From positions 1 to 56,088 of the IMG/VR virus record IMGVR_UViG_3300025387_000004: 56,088 bases of DNA; one strand, written 5' to 3'. This DNA is from a virus. Lineage: Duplodnaviria; Caudoviricetes. Positions within the stretch are counted from its first letter, which is position 1; every line of letters starts with the position of its first letter. Below, in pieces: positions 18,286-28,371 of the stretch. The position numbers and the translations under genes are program-made. The notes below the pieces were generated by a model, which saw nothing but the letters and a program-made list of their open reading frames with translations, had not been told where the DNA came from and made no database searches.

Positions 18286-18537
18286 CTAAACCTGAGTTAT
18301 CAGTTTATAAGTTTTCCCACCAATGACTGTTGTTCCGATTGATGTCCAATTGTTAGGAATAACAGCCTCATTTTGCAACAAAATCACCGCACCCATTATA
18401 GCTCCAGTAGACGAATTTGTCGTGGTCGGAACGCTATTTGCAGCCAAGGCGCTTAACAAAATCTGTAATTGCCGTGAAGGAAAACCATTTTCCTCCACAA
18501 TCCCCTTTTGAGATGTCGGCACGACTACTTTTTGCAT
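18286..18537 (-). CDS. Hypothetical virion-associated protein
   Basis: Tightly packed between gp10-like and gp7-like genes. Confidence 0.7.
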   Translation of the reverse strand: MQKVVVPTSQKGIVEENGFPSRQLQILLSALAANSVPTTTNSSTGAIMGAVILLQNEAVIPNNWTSIGTTVIGGKTYKLITQV

Positions 18538-18538
18538 G

Positions 18539-19954
18539 TCATGTCTCCATCTTTTCAGTTTGAATCCATGCCCCGTTCAATGCTGTTGCGGCAGGTGCAG
18601 TCCAAGAAAGTTCAAACACCCGATCTCTCGCAAAACCCAGTCTATTCCAAGACGGCACCGCACGGTATTCACCAGTTTTACCGAGGGATTGCTGAAGTCC
18701 GTTTCCAAAACTAACGCCACGATCATTACTCCAACGAAGGGTAACTTGTGAGTCAGCTTTTGGATCAAGATCAGTTCCAACTTCAATATCTGCCATAAAA
18801 CTTGAATAACTTACACGATCTCCATCCATGACAATATGCGGAAAGGAGCGTAAACGTAAAATTGGATCGCCGTTATCTGTGTAGTTTTGCAAGTCAAAAG
18901 AGTATAGTTTTCCGTTTTGCCAATCTCCGACAATTGTGCGGTTGTAAGCATGAGCAACGCAATTTGCTCTGTGTCGGACTAAATTACCATTGTTATCTAA
19001 ATATCCCCGTTCATGCCAAAGCTGGGTAGAAAGATCATAGCACCAAGTCGCATTCGCTGACGGAAAACTCAACATATAGAAAATATGGGAGCCTTGTTGA
19101 TAGCAGAATCCAACCGCATCTGAAATCTTGTCATACTTTCCAATTGCATCTGCAATCGCCGGAGTGGAAATAATATCAGCCTTATAAGCCGTGCCTTGCA
19201 TGATTAAGGCTTGACCATTGTTATCTTCTGAAAGCCAGAAAATGTTGAGGCCCCATTTCGCTAGCGAACGTAAAGCCGCGATCCCATGCTGCAAGAAAAC
19301 GCCGGGGATTGGCTGGAATGGAAACGGATAAGCCCCAACATTGCTCCAAACTTCAGTTGTGCGCTTACCAAAACTCCACATTTCTTTATGCACGACATCA
19401 ATAATCTGAAGTTTATCAGCATCTCCAGACATTGTGGCGACAGCTAAAGCGGTATAGGTTGTATCCGCAGAGTCACTGGATTGAATATTTGCGTTTTGAG
19501 TGCTGGATACTAAAAACGTATCGATATAACGAACTTGATTTCCGCCGACAAAATTTGTCGGAGCAAAGGTGTTGAAGGCGAGAGTGGTTAAATCCACGCT
19601 CCAGCCATTTGTTGAGCCATCTAAGATAATAAGCGTAAACTTATTATCATACATACTTACTAATCCAGATTGTGTTGCGATTGCACCTAAATTTTGCAAC
19701 ACAAAGTTATCTGGGACGTAGTAAACAATGTTCCCGATGATCGCAAACAAAAGCCCGTTAGATGCTGTGTAAAGCTGACGCACCTCGGCCACAATTCCTT
19801 GCGCGAGAAGCGTCAGCCCCGGAGTGCAGTAATGGGTGTAAGGAACTTCAGCATCCTTCGTATTTTGCTCAGGGTATAAGTTTATGCAGCGCTGGGCATT
19901 TGCGATAACCGAGCGCGCTTCATAAGCACCTTGAACAAGCTGGATCTGCGGCAC
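18539..19954 (-). CDS. Packaged-DNA stabilisation/tail hub protein (P22 gp10-like)
   Basis: RCINLYPE...TPGL; WS.D.G.SF...SLG..GEY...W.RLG..RDRVF; size and synteny. Confidence 0.85.
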   Translation of the reverse strand: MPQIQLVQGAYEARSVIANAQRCINLYPEQNTKDAEVPYTHYCTPGLTLLAQGIVAEVRQLYTASNGLLFAIIGNIVYYVPDNFVLQNLGAIATQSGLVSMYDNKFTLIILDGSTNGWSVDLTTLAFNTFAPTNFVGGNQVRYIDTFLVSSTQNANIQSSDSADTTYTALAVATMSGDADKLQIIDVVHKEMWSFGKRTTEVWSNVGAYPFPFQPIPGVFLQHGIAALRSLAKWGLNIFWLSEDNNGQALIMQGTAYKADIISTPAIADAIGKYDKISDAVGFCYQQGSHIFYMLSFPSANATWCYDLSTQLWHERGYLDNNGNLVRHRANCVAHAYNRTIVGDWQNGKLYSFDLQNYTDNGDPILRLRSFPHIVMDGDRVSYSSFMADIEVGTDLDPKADSQVTLRWSNDRGVSFGNGLQQSLGKTGEYRAVPSWNRLGFARDRVFELSWTAPAATALNGAWIQTEKMET

Positions 19955-19967
19955 GTTCCTACACCTA

Positions 19968-20366
19968 TTACGTAGCAGACATTACGTTAGCAATCCAAAC
20001 ATTATTCGTAACAGCAATGAAAAGCACACGTTTTCCTGCAGCATACGAAACGCCCGTTGCACCAGCCGTGCCATTGATCGTGTCGGACGCATTGCCAAAC
20101 ACGGTCACAGCATCGGCAGCATCAGCATTGTAAAAATACACAACGCTACCAGCCACAGCAGATGGCAAAACCACACCATAGTTAGAGCCGGTCGAAACCG
20201 CCACAACATTAGAACCAAGGGAAAGAACTGGAGTTGTTGATGCACGGGTCGTGCCGAGCGCGGTAATGCCGTAGTTTGTCTGCCACTGTGGAGTAGCAAG
20301 CAAGCCTTCAAGAATTGATCCATCTTGAAGCGCATAACCGTTTGGGAGACGATCAGGTATAGCCAT
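19968..20366 (-). CDS. Putative capsid decoration or anchor protein; paralog of the N-terminus of 31638-33533
   Basis: PD....GY.L.DG...PQW...LP.A..G...TING..G alignment visible by eye. Confidence 0.75.
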   Translation of the reverse strand: MAIPDRLPNGYALQDGSILEGLLATPQWQTNYGITALGTTRASTTPVLSLGSNVVAVSTGSNYGVVLPSAVAGSVVYFYNADAADAVTVFGNASDTINGTAGATGVSYAAGKRVLFIAVTNNVWIANVMSAT

Positions 20367-20371
20367 TTGAT

Positions 20372-21097
20372 TTACCTCGTTTGGTCGCTGTAAATGTTGT
20401 AGACACTCGGACGGACCAGATTATCCGGCATCACAAGAGAAGGAATTTGTGCGTTTGCGGAGCGCACTGTCTCCATCGAGTCTTTCGCCAAACCTTCATA
20501 AGTTGGATCTGGCGGAAGCCTATACGCAGCGCGAGTTCGAACTACAAGATTGTAGTGTAAGGCCGCGAGGTATTCGGGAGGGAAATTGAAAACCGTTGTC
20601 AGGTCTGTAAATTCTGCCAGTGTTTCTTTGAGAAGTATATGAACTTCGTAGAGATTTGCTTGCGGGAGAGGCCAAGGATAAATATAACCCATCGGCCAAT
20701 CGGAGTCGTAGAAAATGCACTGAGAAAACGACACCAATTGTTTGAGCGTAATTCGCGCATAATCCTCACGGGAGAAAAGCAATTGCAGCGGATAATCTAC
20801 CGCTTGTGTGCCGTTCGCATTCGGCAGCATTCGAAAATAAGCGCTTTCCAGTTTGTCAGGCCGGACGGGAACATCAATATCCCCGCCCGGGCCGACACTG
20901 TATTTAATCGCGCCCGTTGACACCACGCTTTTGTCAATCAAATGCCAGATCATCCAGCGTTTAACACGCCACTGGGCGATCATCATATTTAAACGAATAA
21001 GCGCGTCATTTACGTCTTCAGACAAAAGGGTCTGACCAACGCCCAACACACCAGCGTCTTTGTAAGCTAACGTGATAATGTCGAGCGCCGTGGTCAT
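20372..21097 (-). CDS. Head-tail adaptor (P22 gp4-like)
   Basis: TALDII..A..DAGVLGVG...DAL..LN.M..QW; PPEY..AL.YNL. Confidence 0.8.
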   Translation of the reverse strand: MTTALDIITLAYKDAGVLGVGQTLLSEDVNDALIRLNMMIAQWRVKRWMIWHLIDKSVVSTGAIKYSVGPGGDIDVPVRPDKLESAYFRMLPNANGTQAVDYPLQLLFSREDYARITLKQLVSFSQCIFYDSDWPMGYIYPWPLPQANLYEVHILLKETLAEFTDLTTVFNFPPEYLAALHYNLVVRTRAAYRLPPDPTYEGLAKDSMETVRSANAQIPSLVMPDNLVRPSVYNIYSDQTR

Positions 21098-21457
21098 TTA
21101 GATGTCCTTGACGTTAAGGGCTGGTTTGTTAGAGGGCACAGAATTCCCAGAAGAAGGTTTAGGCTTTGCAGTTTCCGCCAGTTCTTTCTGTGCCTTTATT
21201 TCAGCAAGCTGCGTCCGGGCAAGTTCAAGTTCTACTTTCTTACGATCCAACTCAGCCTGCAATTCATCTTCGCGGGTCTTGAATGACCCAGGCTCACCAG
21301 TGGTGATAAATTCCACTTCTTCTTTCGCATCCCCAACAACAATTGGGAATTCTTTCTTCTCATCCTTATACCCGACAACCTTCGGATATTCTTGAAATTT
21401 ATATTCTGGAAAATCCATACTTTCATATACACCAAGATATTGCCGAACTTTAGCCAT
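21098..21457 (-). CDS. Hypothetical protein following the coat gene
   Basis: RBS AAGGAG; FQEYPK motif plus coiled coil. Confidence 0.75.
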   Translation of the reverse strand: MAKVRQYLGVYESMDFPEYKFQEYPKVVGYKDEKKEFPIVVGDAKEEVEFITTGEPGSFKTREDELQAELDRKKVELELARTQLAEIKAQKELAETAKPKPSSGNSVPSNKPALNVKDI

Positions 21458-21480
21458 TTACTTGCTCCTTACGGGAAATA

Positions 21481-21503
21481 GGGGGGCACAATGCCCCCCT
21501 TTT
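21481..21503. terminator. Rho-independent terminator-like hairpin after the coat gene
   Basis: GGGGGGCA-CAA-TGCCCCCC with T/A-rich flanks on both sides. Confidence 0.7.
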
Positions 21504-21508
21504 AGTGA

Positions 21509-22723
21509 TTAGATGATGTCTGCGACAACAACGGCCCACTCAGGACGAACCCAAACGTAACCGTAAAGCACGTCCAGACGGGTGATGAACTGGTCTGACT
21601 TAATGTCAAAACCTGTCACCATACGCATCGAAACCCCGTCCATACGTTCTCTTGCCGTTTCCTGCATGTTCTTTGGCAGTTCAAGATCGGCTGTTGCCAT
21701 CGTGACTGCATCTGGAATGAATGCAAGGTTCTTGCGGTAAACGCTGGAAGCAAGCGTCAGTGGGATGATCGCTGCGCCGTTTGCAGGGCTGCTATCAACT
21801 GTCTGATACTGCACGTTTGAACCGCCTTGTGGTGGAACAATCGCTGGGTAGATGCTGATTGACGTTGCACCCGTGGCAGCTGCCGCCGTTACAACGAACT
21901 GCTGCAACTGACCGATTGACACTTTGGTGATACGGTTGACTGCGTTCACGCCAGCAAACGTGATGATGTCGCCTTGTGCAAGCGGGCCACCAAGAGCGTT
22001 TGTCGTGATCGTCGTGCCGGTCTGGTTTGCACCAGAAACCGTCAACGTGCCAGTGTATGCACCAGTCGTGTGTTTGATAACCGTCTGGTCTTCGAACCAG
22101 TCGAAGCCAATCGCGTTATAAACTTCACCCTTGCGATACTGCTCAGAAATCTCTGTCGCTGGGTTCAACAGGCCAGAAAGGTTCTGGACCGTGCGAGCCA
22201 TGGTGACAGGATCAAGGATGAACTTACGGGAGTCGGTAGGAGCCGAACGTAAGCTCAAGAGTGCTTTCGCATTCAAGAATGTTTCCAGCGTCGGACGGAG
22301 CAAGTTGCCAGCAGCGTCAAAGTTACCAACAAGGTTGGAAACGCCGCCTTCAACACCAGACATCACGTCTGCAGCGACAGCGCCGACGAGGTTGTTTACA
22401 GCTGGCGCAAGAATTCGCTTGGAATAGTCGTCCAAGCTCATCGTGCGTTCAACGCTGTTAAACGAAACGTCAACGCCTTTTTGGGTGGCGAGGGTCAGCG
22501 TGGTGCTGGTTTCCGCCGTATCTTGGATCTGCGCTACAGGGCCGGTTCGGACCGTGTAATCGTTAGGCAGACGGATGCGCAGGCTCTGACCGATTTTCGC
22601 GCCGGTCACAGCAAACTGATCGTCATACTGCGTATCGATGTGCTGCAGGAAAGAGTTGGTGTTTACCCAGAGGCGCACGGCCTCACGGGTAATCATGTTG
22701 ATTGTTAAAATTGTATTTGACAT
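21509..22723 (-). CDS. Major capsid protein (P22 gp5 family)
   Basis: N.ILT..MITREA...KIG..LRIRLP; RLDVLYG....RPEWA C-terminus. Confidence 0.92.
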   Translation of the reverse strand: MSNTILTINMITREAVRLWVNTNSFLQHIDTQYDDQFAVTGAKIGQSLRIRLPNDYTVRTGPVAQIQDTAETSTTLTLATQKGVDVSFNSVERTMSLDDYSKRILAPAVNNLVGAVAADVMSGVEGGVSNLVGNFDAAGNLLRPTLETFLNAKALLSLRSAPTDSRKFILDPVTMARTVQNLSGLLNPATEISEQYRKGEVYNAIGFDWFEDQTVIKHTTGAYTGTLTVSGANQTGTTITTNALGGPLAQGDIITFAGVNAVNRITKVSIGQLQQFVVTAAAATGATSISIYPAIVPPQGGSNVQYQTVDSSPANGAAIIPLTLASSVYRKNLAFIPDAVTMATADLELPKNMQETARERMDGVSMRMVTGFDIKSDQFITRLDVLYGYVWVRPEWAVVVADII

Positions 22724-22883
22724 CTCTAAGTCCTCTGGGTTACGCGCTCACGGCGCAGTGGTATTGTCAAAATACAAAGGGAGTCCTTTGTTCATCTGAC
22801 GGAGCCTGCGACCGTCTCTTGACAGGCAACCCAGATCGCTTACCCTGCGATCAGCAAGGGGAGGACGTTGAAGGTGTCCTCGC
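22724..22883 (-). promoter_or_regulatory. Highly structured leader between scaffold and coat genes
   Basis: Six hairpins plus a long-range 8-bp stem 22734-22741/22828-22835 adjoining the coat RBS. Confidence 0.5.
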
Positions 22884-23642
22884 CTACCTTTTGCGACGAG
22901 CCATAGCTTGCTCATTGCGAAGTCTTGCCCATTCTTCCATTGAAATGTTCGGGTCGTCAAGTGTCGCCGGGGCACTTCCAATCCCTTGAACCTTCGGAGA
23001 AATCGGGGGTGGAGCCGATGTCACTCTTTTCGGCGCTGTGACGGCTGATGCGAGTTTAGCAACTGCCACAGCCTGTCTGGCGGTTGGCAAGAGTGCAATT
23101 CGGGCAGCTTCGTCAGGATTTTTAGCCAGATGGTAGAGGACTTCGTGTGGATTTCCGGTTTCAATCGCTGCTTCCGTGAGGGAAGTCGGAATGCCACCAA
23201 GGATCTGAGCCATGTTGTTAAGCTGCGGAGCCCAATCGCCATATTTAGCCAGCCCTTCATTCCAGATTTTATCAGTCGTGGTCTTCCACTCGTTTTGTTT
23301 CGCCAGTTCTTGCGCCTGACGGTAAATCTCCATCTGGACTTGGCGGGGGTCCACATTTCCAGCGGGCGCTTGCTGGGCCTCATAATACTGCTGCTGTGGA
23401 GCCTCCATTGACGCGAGACGTTCTTCAAGCTCACGCTTTTGACGGGTCAGTTGGCCAATACGATCCAGCAATCCCTGCGGTGGTTTGTTCTCAGTCTCAA
23501 GTGTGACTGGAGCTTCTGCAGGTGCCTCGGCAACTGGTGCCTCAACAGGCGCTTCAACTGGGGGCGTAGCCGGTGCTTCGACAGGTGCAGCCCCCGCCTC
23601 GCCCTCGGCCTGACGGTTTATCGTATTGTAAAATGTTTTCAT
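22884..23642 (-). CDS. Capsid scaffolding protein
   Basis: RIGQLTRQKRE coiled coil; LYHLAKNP.EA.RI; APPPI; SMEEW..R; directly upstream of coat. Confidence 0.82.
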   Translation of the reverse strand: MKTFYNTINRQAEGEAGAAPVEAPATPPVEAPVEAPVAEAPAEAPVTLETENKPPQGLLDRIGQLTRQKRELEERLASMEAPQQQYYEAQQAPAGNVDPRQVQMEIYRQAQELAKQNEWKTTTDKIWNEGLAKYGDWAPQLNNMAQILGGIPTSLTEAAIETGNPHEVLYHLAKNPDEAARIALLPTARQAVAVAKLASAVTAPKRVTSAPPPISPKVQGIGSAPATLDDPNISMEEWARLRNEQAMARRKR

Positions 23643-23643
23643 G

Positions 23644-23973
23644 TTAGGCTCCTTTACCTTTCTTCATCTGTAAGACGCCCTCACGCCCTCGACGTAACGT
23701 CGCATCCTTGACCAACGCATCATGGATTTCATCTTTTAACACATCATCCATGTTTGTAGTTAATAATTGTGCAAGTGTAGCTCTTGCGGCATCCAGATAA
23801 AGAGGCCAACAAGACGACACGTAGGTTTTAAGATCCCGATGTTCTTCGTAAAATTGATTGCTGCGTGAGGCCCAACTTTCGTAGACTTCCTCTGCCATTT
23901 TCTTAGCAGTTTCCGCAACCATCTTATGCGCGTGTGCCCCTTTACCGGGGAGTTTTACAAGCGGCTCTCTCAT
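23644..23973 (-). CDS. Hypothetical protein
   Basis: RBS AGGAG; packed in the late operon. Confidence 0.75.
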   Translation of the reverse strand: MREPLVKLPGKGAHAHKMVAETAKKMAEEVYESWASRSNQFYEEHRDLKTYVSSCWPLYLDAARATLAQLLTTNMDDVLKDEIHDALVKDATLRRGREGVLQMKKGKGA

Positions 23974-23982
23974 TTTGGCTCC

Positions 23983-24477
23983 TTAATACGGCAATAACAC
24001 ATTTACGTCTCGAGATACATCATCATTTCCGCTATAAACATATTCATTTCTCAGCCGAACCCCCTCCGGCATATAGTCATAATACGCACCCTGCATAAAC
24101 GGCGCGAGGCGTGTTTGCGGATCTGTGTATGATTTCCAGATAAATTGCGGCATTTCATACCAAGCTGGCCACTCTTGGTTTGGCGGGCGCAAAGCATTTT
24201 GTTGTCGATAGTCTTCAAACGATTGCCCGGACAACGGATGCTCTTGGTATTCCTTTTTCTGCATTTCATAACCATGGCGCATATACGCCAAGTCTTCGGG
24301 TGTAAATCTTTGGTTTGTGATGTCGTAGTTTTGACCAAGAGTTGATGCCACCAACTGACGCAAATTTACCGGATATAAAACATTCAACATGCTTTCTTCC
24401 GGCGTCTGCGTTTGATACAGAGCATTCACCTCTGGATCTCCGATTGACGGCATAAACTCAAGGCTGAACTGGTCCAT
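23983..24477 (-). CDS. Hypothetical protein
   Basis: ATG 24477 one base after the upstream stop. Confidence 0.7.
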   Translation of the reverse strand: MDQFSLEFMPSIGDPEVNALYQTQTPEESMLNVLYPVNLRQLVASTLGQNYDITNQRFTPEDLAYMRHGYEMQKKEYQEHPLSGQSFEDYRQQNALRPPNQEWPAWYEMPQFIWKSYTDPQTRLAPFMQGAYYDYMPEGVRLRNEYVYSGNDDVSRDVNVLLPY

Positions 24478-24478
24478 C

Positions 24479-25981
24479 TTACCGCCCGTATTGCTCGTAA
24501 TATTGCTGCGTTCTGCGACCGCGTTCCGCTTCGTCCTGCCCAAACAATTTGTCGAACATTTGAGTGATTTTGTAGTTTAAGTTGCCTTCCCATTCATCTG
24601 CCGGAGCAACCTCTGCGGGACGTTTGGCTGGCATAGGCGCGGTCTTACCACCCTTCCCACCTTTAGCCTTTTGTCCCGCTGCCCCGCCCATTGACTCAGC
24701 CATCGCTGATCCTACAGGACGTTGTTGCGAGCGACCGTAAACATCTATCGGCGGAAGTTGTTGCGTTCCTCTTGCCGTTGGAACAGCCATAGCCCGACCA
24801 GCATCCATAGGAGTAGAAACGCCACCGTCGCGTCCGTAATAAGCCGCCATAAAGGGCAGACCCACACCCGCAGCACCTGCCGCAATTTTACCAAAAGGAA
24901 TTCCACCGGCACGTAGCGCATTTGCGGCCTCCCCGTAAGGAACCATCGCAGTTCCTTGTTGTGGGCCGGAAAGCACATTCCCAGTCACATCACGAAACTC
25001 GCCATACGCTCCATTTGGTGCTTGATATTCGCCCCGAGGATAACGGTCTGCCTCAGACCCAACATAGCGGTAGGAAGGCACTTGCCCACCTTGGCGAGCG
25101 GGAAGCCCTCCGGGCGGAATTCCAGCAGTTTCTGTTTGCGTCATAACAGGCATCGTCGAGCCTCTGGGCGCTAACGTGCCGAAACGAGGCGGTTCGCCCG
25201 GAATACCTTCTGGCACAAAGTCCATATTGGAATACCGATACATTTCATTTCCGGGCCGACCATATGTCATGCCATATGTGTTGGACTGAAATCTATTCAT
25301 GTCCCTCGGCACAGCATTTGGCCAATAAGGAGCGCCCATTTCAATCGGCCCACCCGGAGGTGATGGAGCGCGACCTCTTGGTGTAAAGCCTAATTCCCCA
25401 CCATAATTTGACCGACGGTAAATATCTTCGCCCGGAATACCGTGAGTGAAATAATATTGGTTCGCCTCAAACCTATTCATGCCTCTTGGCACGTCAAAAC
25501 CAGCATTAATGGTTGGACCTTCCGGCCCAGGACCACGGCCTCTTGGCGCCCTTGGCGTAAAACCTAATTCTGGACTTCTAAAAATCCCTTCCGGCATCTC
25601 GCCCCCGAGCATTTCCATTGCCCCACGGGGCTGTGAAAGCGGAGACATTGCAGTTCGTCCGTAAGGGGCCATGCCTCCAGCCGTCCCAAGACCAAGACCC
25701 AACATGTAAGGATCTTCTTGTTCTTGTGCTGCGGCTTGACCACGACCAAATTCTTCTGGATGTTTTGCGCGGAGTTCTTGAAGGCGTTTGATTTCAGCCT
25801 TTGTTTGCGCTTGTTTTGCCTTGAACTTTGTGCCGACAGGAGTGCCCATATCACTCCCGCTCAATTCCTCGCCAATAGCGCCCAACGTGCCATAGATCCG
25901 CTGTAACGGGTCGATGTCGCCAAGATAAGGATTTTCTTGCCCAGCTAAAAAGGCTTCCTCTTGTGAAGTGCGCTTCGCCAT
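24479..25981 (-). CDS. Gly/Pro/Arg-rich, probably disordered protein with an internal repeat of about 60 aa
   Basis: ELGFTPR...VPR.MNRF occurs twice; ATG 25981 with AAGGGA upstream. Confidence 0.75.
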   Translation of the reverse strand: MAKRTSQEEAFLAGQENPYLGDIDPLQRIYGTLGAIGEELSGSDMGTPVGTKFKAKQAQTKAEIKRLQELRAKHPEEFGRGQAAAQEQEDPYMLGLGLGTAGGMAPYGRTAMSPLSQPRGAMEMLGGEMPEGIFRSPELGFTPRAPRGRGPGPEGPTINAGFDVPRGMNRFEANQYYFTHGIPGEDIYRRSNYGGELGFTPRGRAPSPPGGPIEMGAPYWPNAVPRDMNRFQSNTYGMTYGRPGNEMYRYSNMDFVPEGIPGEPPRFGTLAPRGSTMPVMTQTETAGIPPGGLPARQGGQVPSYRYVGSEADRYPRGEYQAPNGAYGEFRDVTGNVLSGPQQGTAMVPYGEAANALRAGGIPFGKIAAGAAGVGLPFMAAYYGRDGGVSTPMDAGRAMAVPTARGTQQLPPIDVYGRSQQRPVGSAMAESMGGAAGQKAKGGKGGKTAPMPAKRPAEVAPADEWEGNLNYKITQMFDKLFGQDEAERGRRTQQYYEQYGR

Positions 25982-25992
25982 CTCAAATCCCC

Positions 25993-26136
25993 TTAAACCA
26001 CAATTGTAACAATGCACGAAAGAACAAGCACAATCAAATGTTCTTTCTTGATTTCTTTGAGCTTTTCCAAACGCACAACTGCTGGAACACGTTGTCGAAA
26101 ACGGTGCAGCATCTTTTTCGTGCGCTTAAAAGCCAT
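25993..26136 (-). CDS. 47-aa basic peptide with C-terminal TM segment
   Basis: MAFKRTKK...HLIVLVLSCIVTIVV; RBS GGAGAGG; abuts the portal stop. Confidence 0.55.
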   Translation of the reverse strand: MAFKRTKKMLHRFRQRVPAVVRLEKLKEIKKEHLIVLVLSCIVTIVV

Positions 26137-28368
26137 TTAACCTCTCCGTGTAATCCGCGCCATTACTCCGGGCATTTCCGGGTGCGGGCCGTAAGCGTGA
26201 CCATCCGGGCCTCTAAAAGCCCCTTCCGGCATTTCATGATCCTCAAGGGGAGCGAGCATTTGTTGATCGCGTTCTGCCCCGTATTCCGCCCCCGGAGTTG
26301 ACCCTTGCTCCTTGTGACCTTCGTATGTATCGCTGATCGGAACGTCTTCGCTTTCCCGAACAACATCGTCTTGCAATTTTGCCAATTGTAGCGCAGAAAG
26401 CCCTTGCTTGCCAACCACATCGATACGTTTTGTGATCGCGTCGTAGACATCGACTTCGCGCTTTTCGAGACGTGCTTGCGTCTTGCCTTTTTCCTTCGCC
26501 AACTCGTCCATCGTGGCCTTGAGCGCATCCTGCAATTGCTGCACTTGCATTCCAAGCATTTGCTCGTTTTGCGTCGGACCCTGACCAAGCGCCTGCGGCG
26601 GGACCATGCGCTTCAGTCTCTCGGCTGCTTCCTCTGCCATCGGGAAGTCGCCAGCTCTAAACATGATGTCACCAATGATATTGGTGAGCGCTGGGGACTG
26701 CGTGAGGATGAGGGTTAGAGCGTTAAATGCCTCCTCACGGCGTGTCGCATATCCCGGCCCGACATCTGCCTGCACTTCATACTGCCCAATCGCCGGGTTC
26801 AAAAGGCGAGTAATAACCTCATTGTTCTCATTAAGTTCAAGCATGTGAGCTTGTTTGAGTTGTGGATCGAGCTTGACCTCTAAACTTTCCCCGTTTTCAG
26901 CCAAGATCATCACAATTCTATTCGTGTCGTAAAGTTTCGGCACCAGATCCAGAATGATCTTGCCCACCTGCCGGATCGCAATCGCAAGGTTATCAATGAA
27001 ATGGTAAGTAGCACGATCACCTTGACGCTGACGTTCAGCAATCGCCTTTCCAGTTCGTTCATTCCCTTGTTGCCCCATCTGATTTTCGTATTGCCCGGAA
27101 ACCATCTGCATTTCCATTGCAGCGACTTCCATTCCCTTCAAGGCAACAGGCGAAGGAACGGGGGGCTCAACTCTTGCGGGAGGAGGCAAAGGTTTGCCAT
27201 CATCACCAACAGATTTATACGGCAAATAAGCATGGTTCTGCCTATTCGCTGTAGCCCAATATTCTTCAAAGCCCTCGACCGTTTCGACCCCAACAATCCA
27301 AGGAGTCTTTGACTGCAAGGCACCATATTCCACCGCACTCGAGGCCCAGTAGTTATACATCCGCTGTGGATCTTTCATGGCCCGTGTGTGGCCTTTACGA
27401 TCCATTCTTCCTTCAATGATGATTTCTTCCCCAACCACTGGAATGATCGGGATGGTCTTTCCAATCCACTCTTTTTCCTCAGACTCAACAATATGTGTGC
27501 CGATGATGAAATGGTAATGGATGACTCGCTTTTGAACGATGCGTTTGCGTGTCATTGGGTCAGTAAAAACTGCGCTTTTTGGATCAACCTTGCGCAAATC
27601 TGACGCAAGAATTGTAGCCGGTTGTCCGTCCGGGCCGTCAAACATCAGCAATTCATCTTCAACATCTTCGGCTTCAAAATATTCCGCGACCCTCACATGG
27701 TCATCATCTCGCCAGCCCCTGTCACCAACAAGACCTTCCGTCCCCATGTATTTCACATACTGCGGATATTTCTTCTCAAAAACATCCTTCGGCATGTCTT
27801 CAAAGATAAACGCGAAGCGCATGTCTTCTTTTGCCGGAGCCCTTGCATCCGGGTCGATGTAGACCGTCATCGGATCTGGAATTGACGTGATGTAAATGTC
27901 TTGGTCGAAACTATCTTCAGACACATAGTCTGTAATCACACGCAAAAATCCAAGCCCCGCTTGCACTTGAAAAGTGGTCGCAACATCATAATGCGCCGGG
28001 GCGTTTGACTGATACTCAATATGCCTTGCTATTCCGTCCCAAATTCTTGCAGCCTCTGCGGTCGCACCATTTCCCGCAGCTCTATACTTAATCCCCGGCT
28101 TATTCATCTTGGCATCATTAATGATGTTCAAGTTGTGCTGACGGGTTTTATTAATCGTAAGCGCGGGGCGCTCGTCCCTTTGCCTATCGTTCCACATCCT
28201 TGTCGGCCATTGGTATTTGTTGTCTGCGTCAGCATTAGCAAACTTCAAATCATCCAAAAACATGCGCCTTGCATAGCTCTCCCAATCCTCACAACGCCGA
28301 AAACGATCTTGCGCTCTTTTGAAGATTTTCTGAAACTTCTCGATGTTTTCGTTTGTAGGATTTGACAT
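26137..28368 (-). CDS. Portal protein (P22-like)
   Basis: DD.KF....QW...RP.LTINK; KDPQR.YNYW.S; follows TerL. Confidence 0.92.
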   Translation of the reverse strand: MSNPTNENIEKFQKIFKRAQDRFRRCEDWESYARRMFLDDLKFANADADNKYQWPTRMWNDRQRDERPALTINKTRQHNLNIINDAKMNKPGIKYRAAGNGATAEAARIWDGIARHIEYQSNAPAHYDVATTFQVQAGLGFLRVITDYVSEDSFDQDIYITSIPDPMTVYIDPDARAPAKEDMRFAFIFEDMPKDVFEKKYPQYVKYMGTEGLVGDRGWRDDDHVRVAEYFEAEDVEDELLMFDGPDGQPATILASDLRKVDPKSAVFTDPMTRKRIVQKRVIHYHFIIGTHIVESEEKEWIGKTIPIIPVVGEEIIIEGRMDRKGHTRAMKDPQRMYNYWASSAVEYGALQSKTPWIVGVETVEGFEEYWATANRQNHAYLPYKSVGDDGKPLPPPARVEPPVPSPVALKGMEVAAMEMQMVSGQYENQMGQQGNERTGKAIAERQRQGDRATYHFIDNLAIAIRQVGKIILDLVPKLYDTNRIVMILAENGESLEVKLDPQLKQAHMLELNENNEVITRLLNPAIGQYEVQADVGPGYATRREEAFNALTLILTQSPALTNIIGDIMFRAGDFPMAEEAAERLKRMVPPQALGQGPTQNEQMLGMQVQQLQDALKATMDELAKEKGKTQARLEKREVDVYDAITKRIDVVGKQGLSALQLAKLQDDVVRESEDVPISDTYEGHKEQGSTPGAEYGAERDQQMLAPLEDHEMPEGAFRGPDGHAYGPHPEMPGVMARITRRG

Positions 28369-28371
28369 GTT

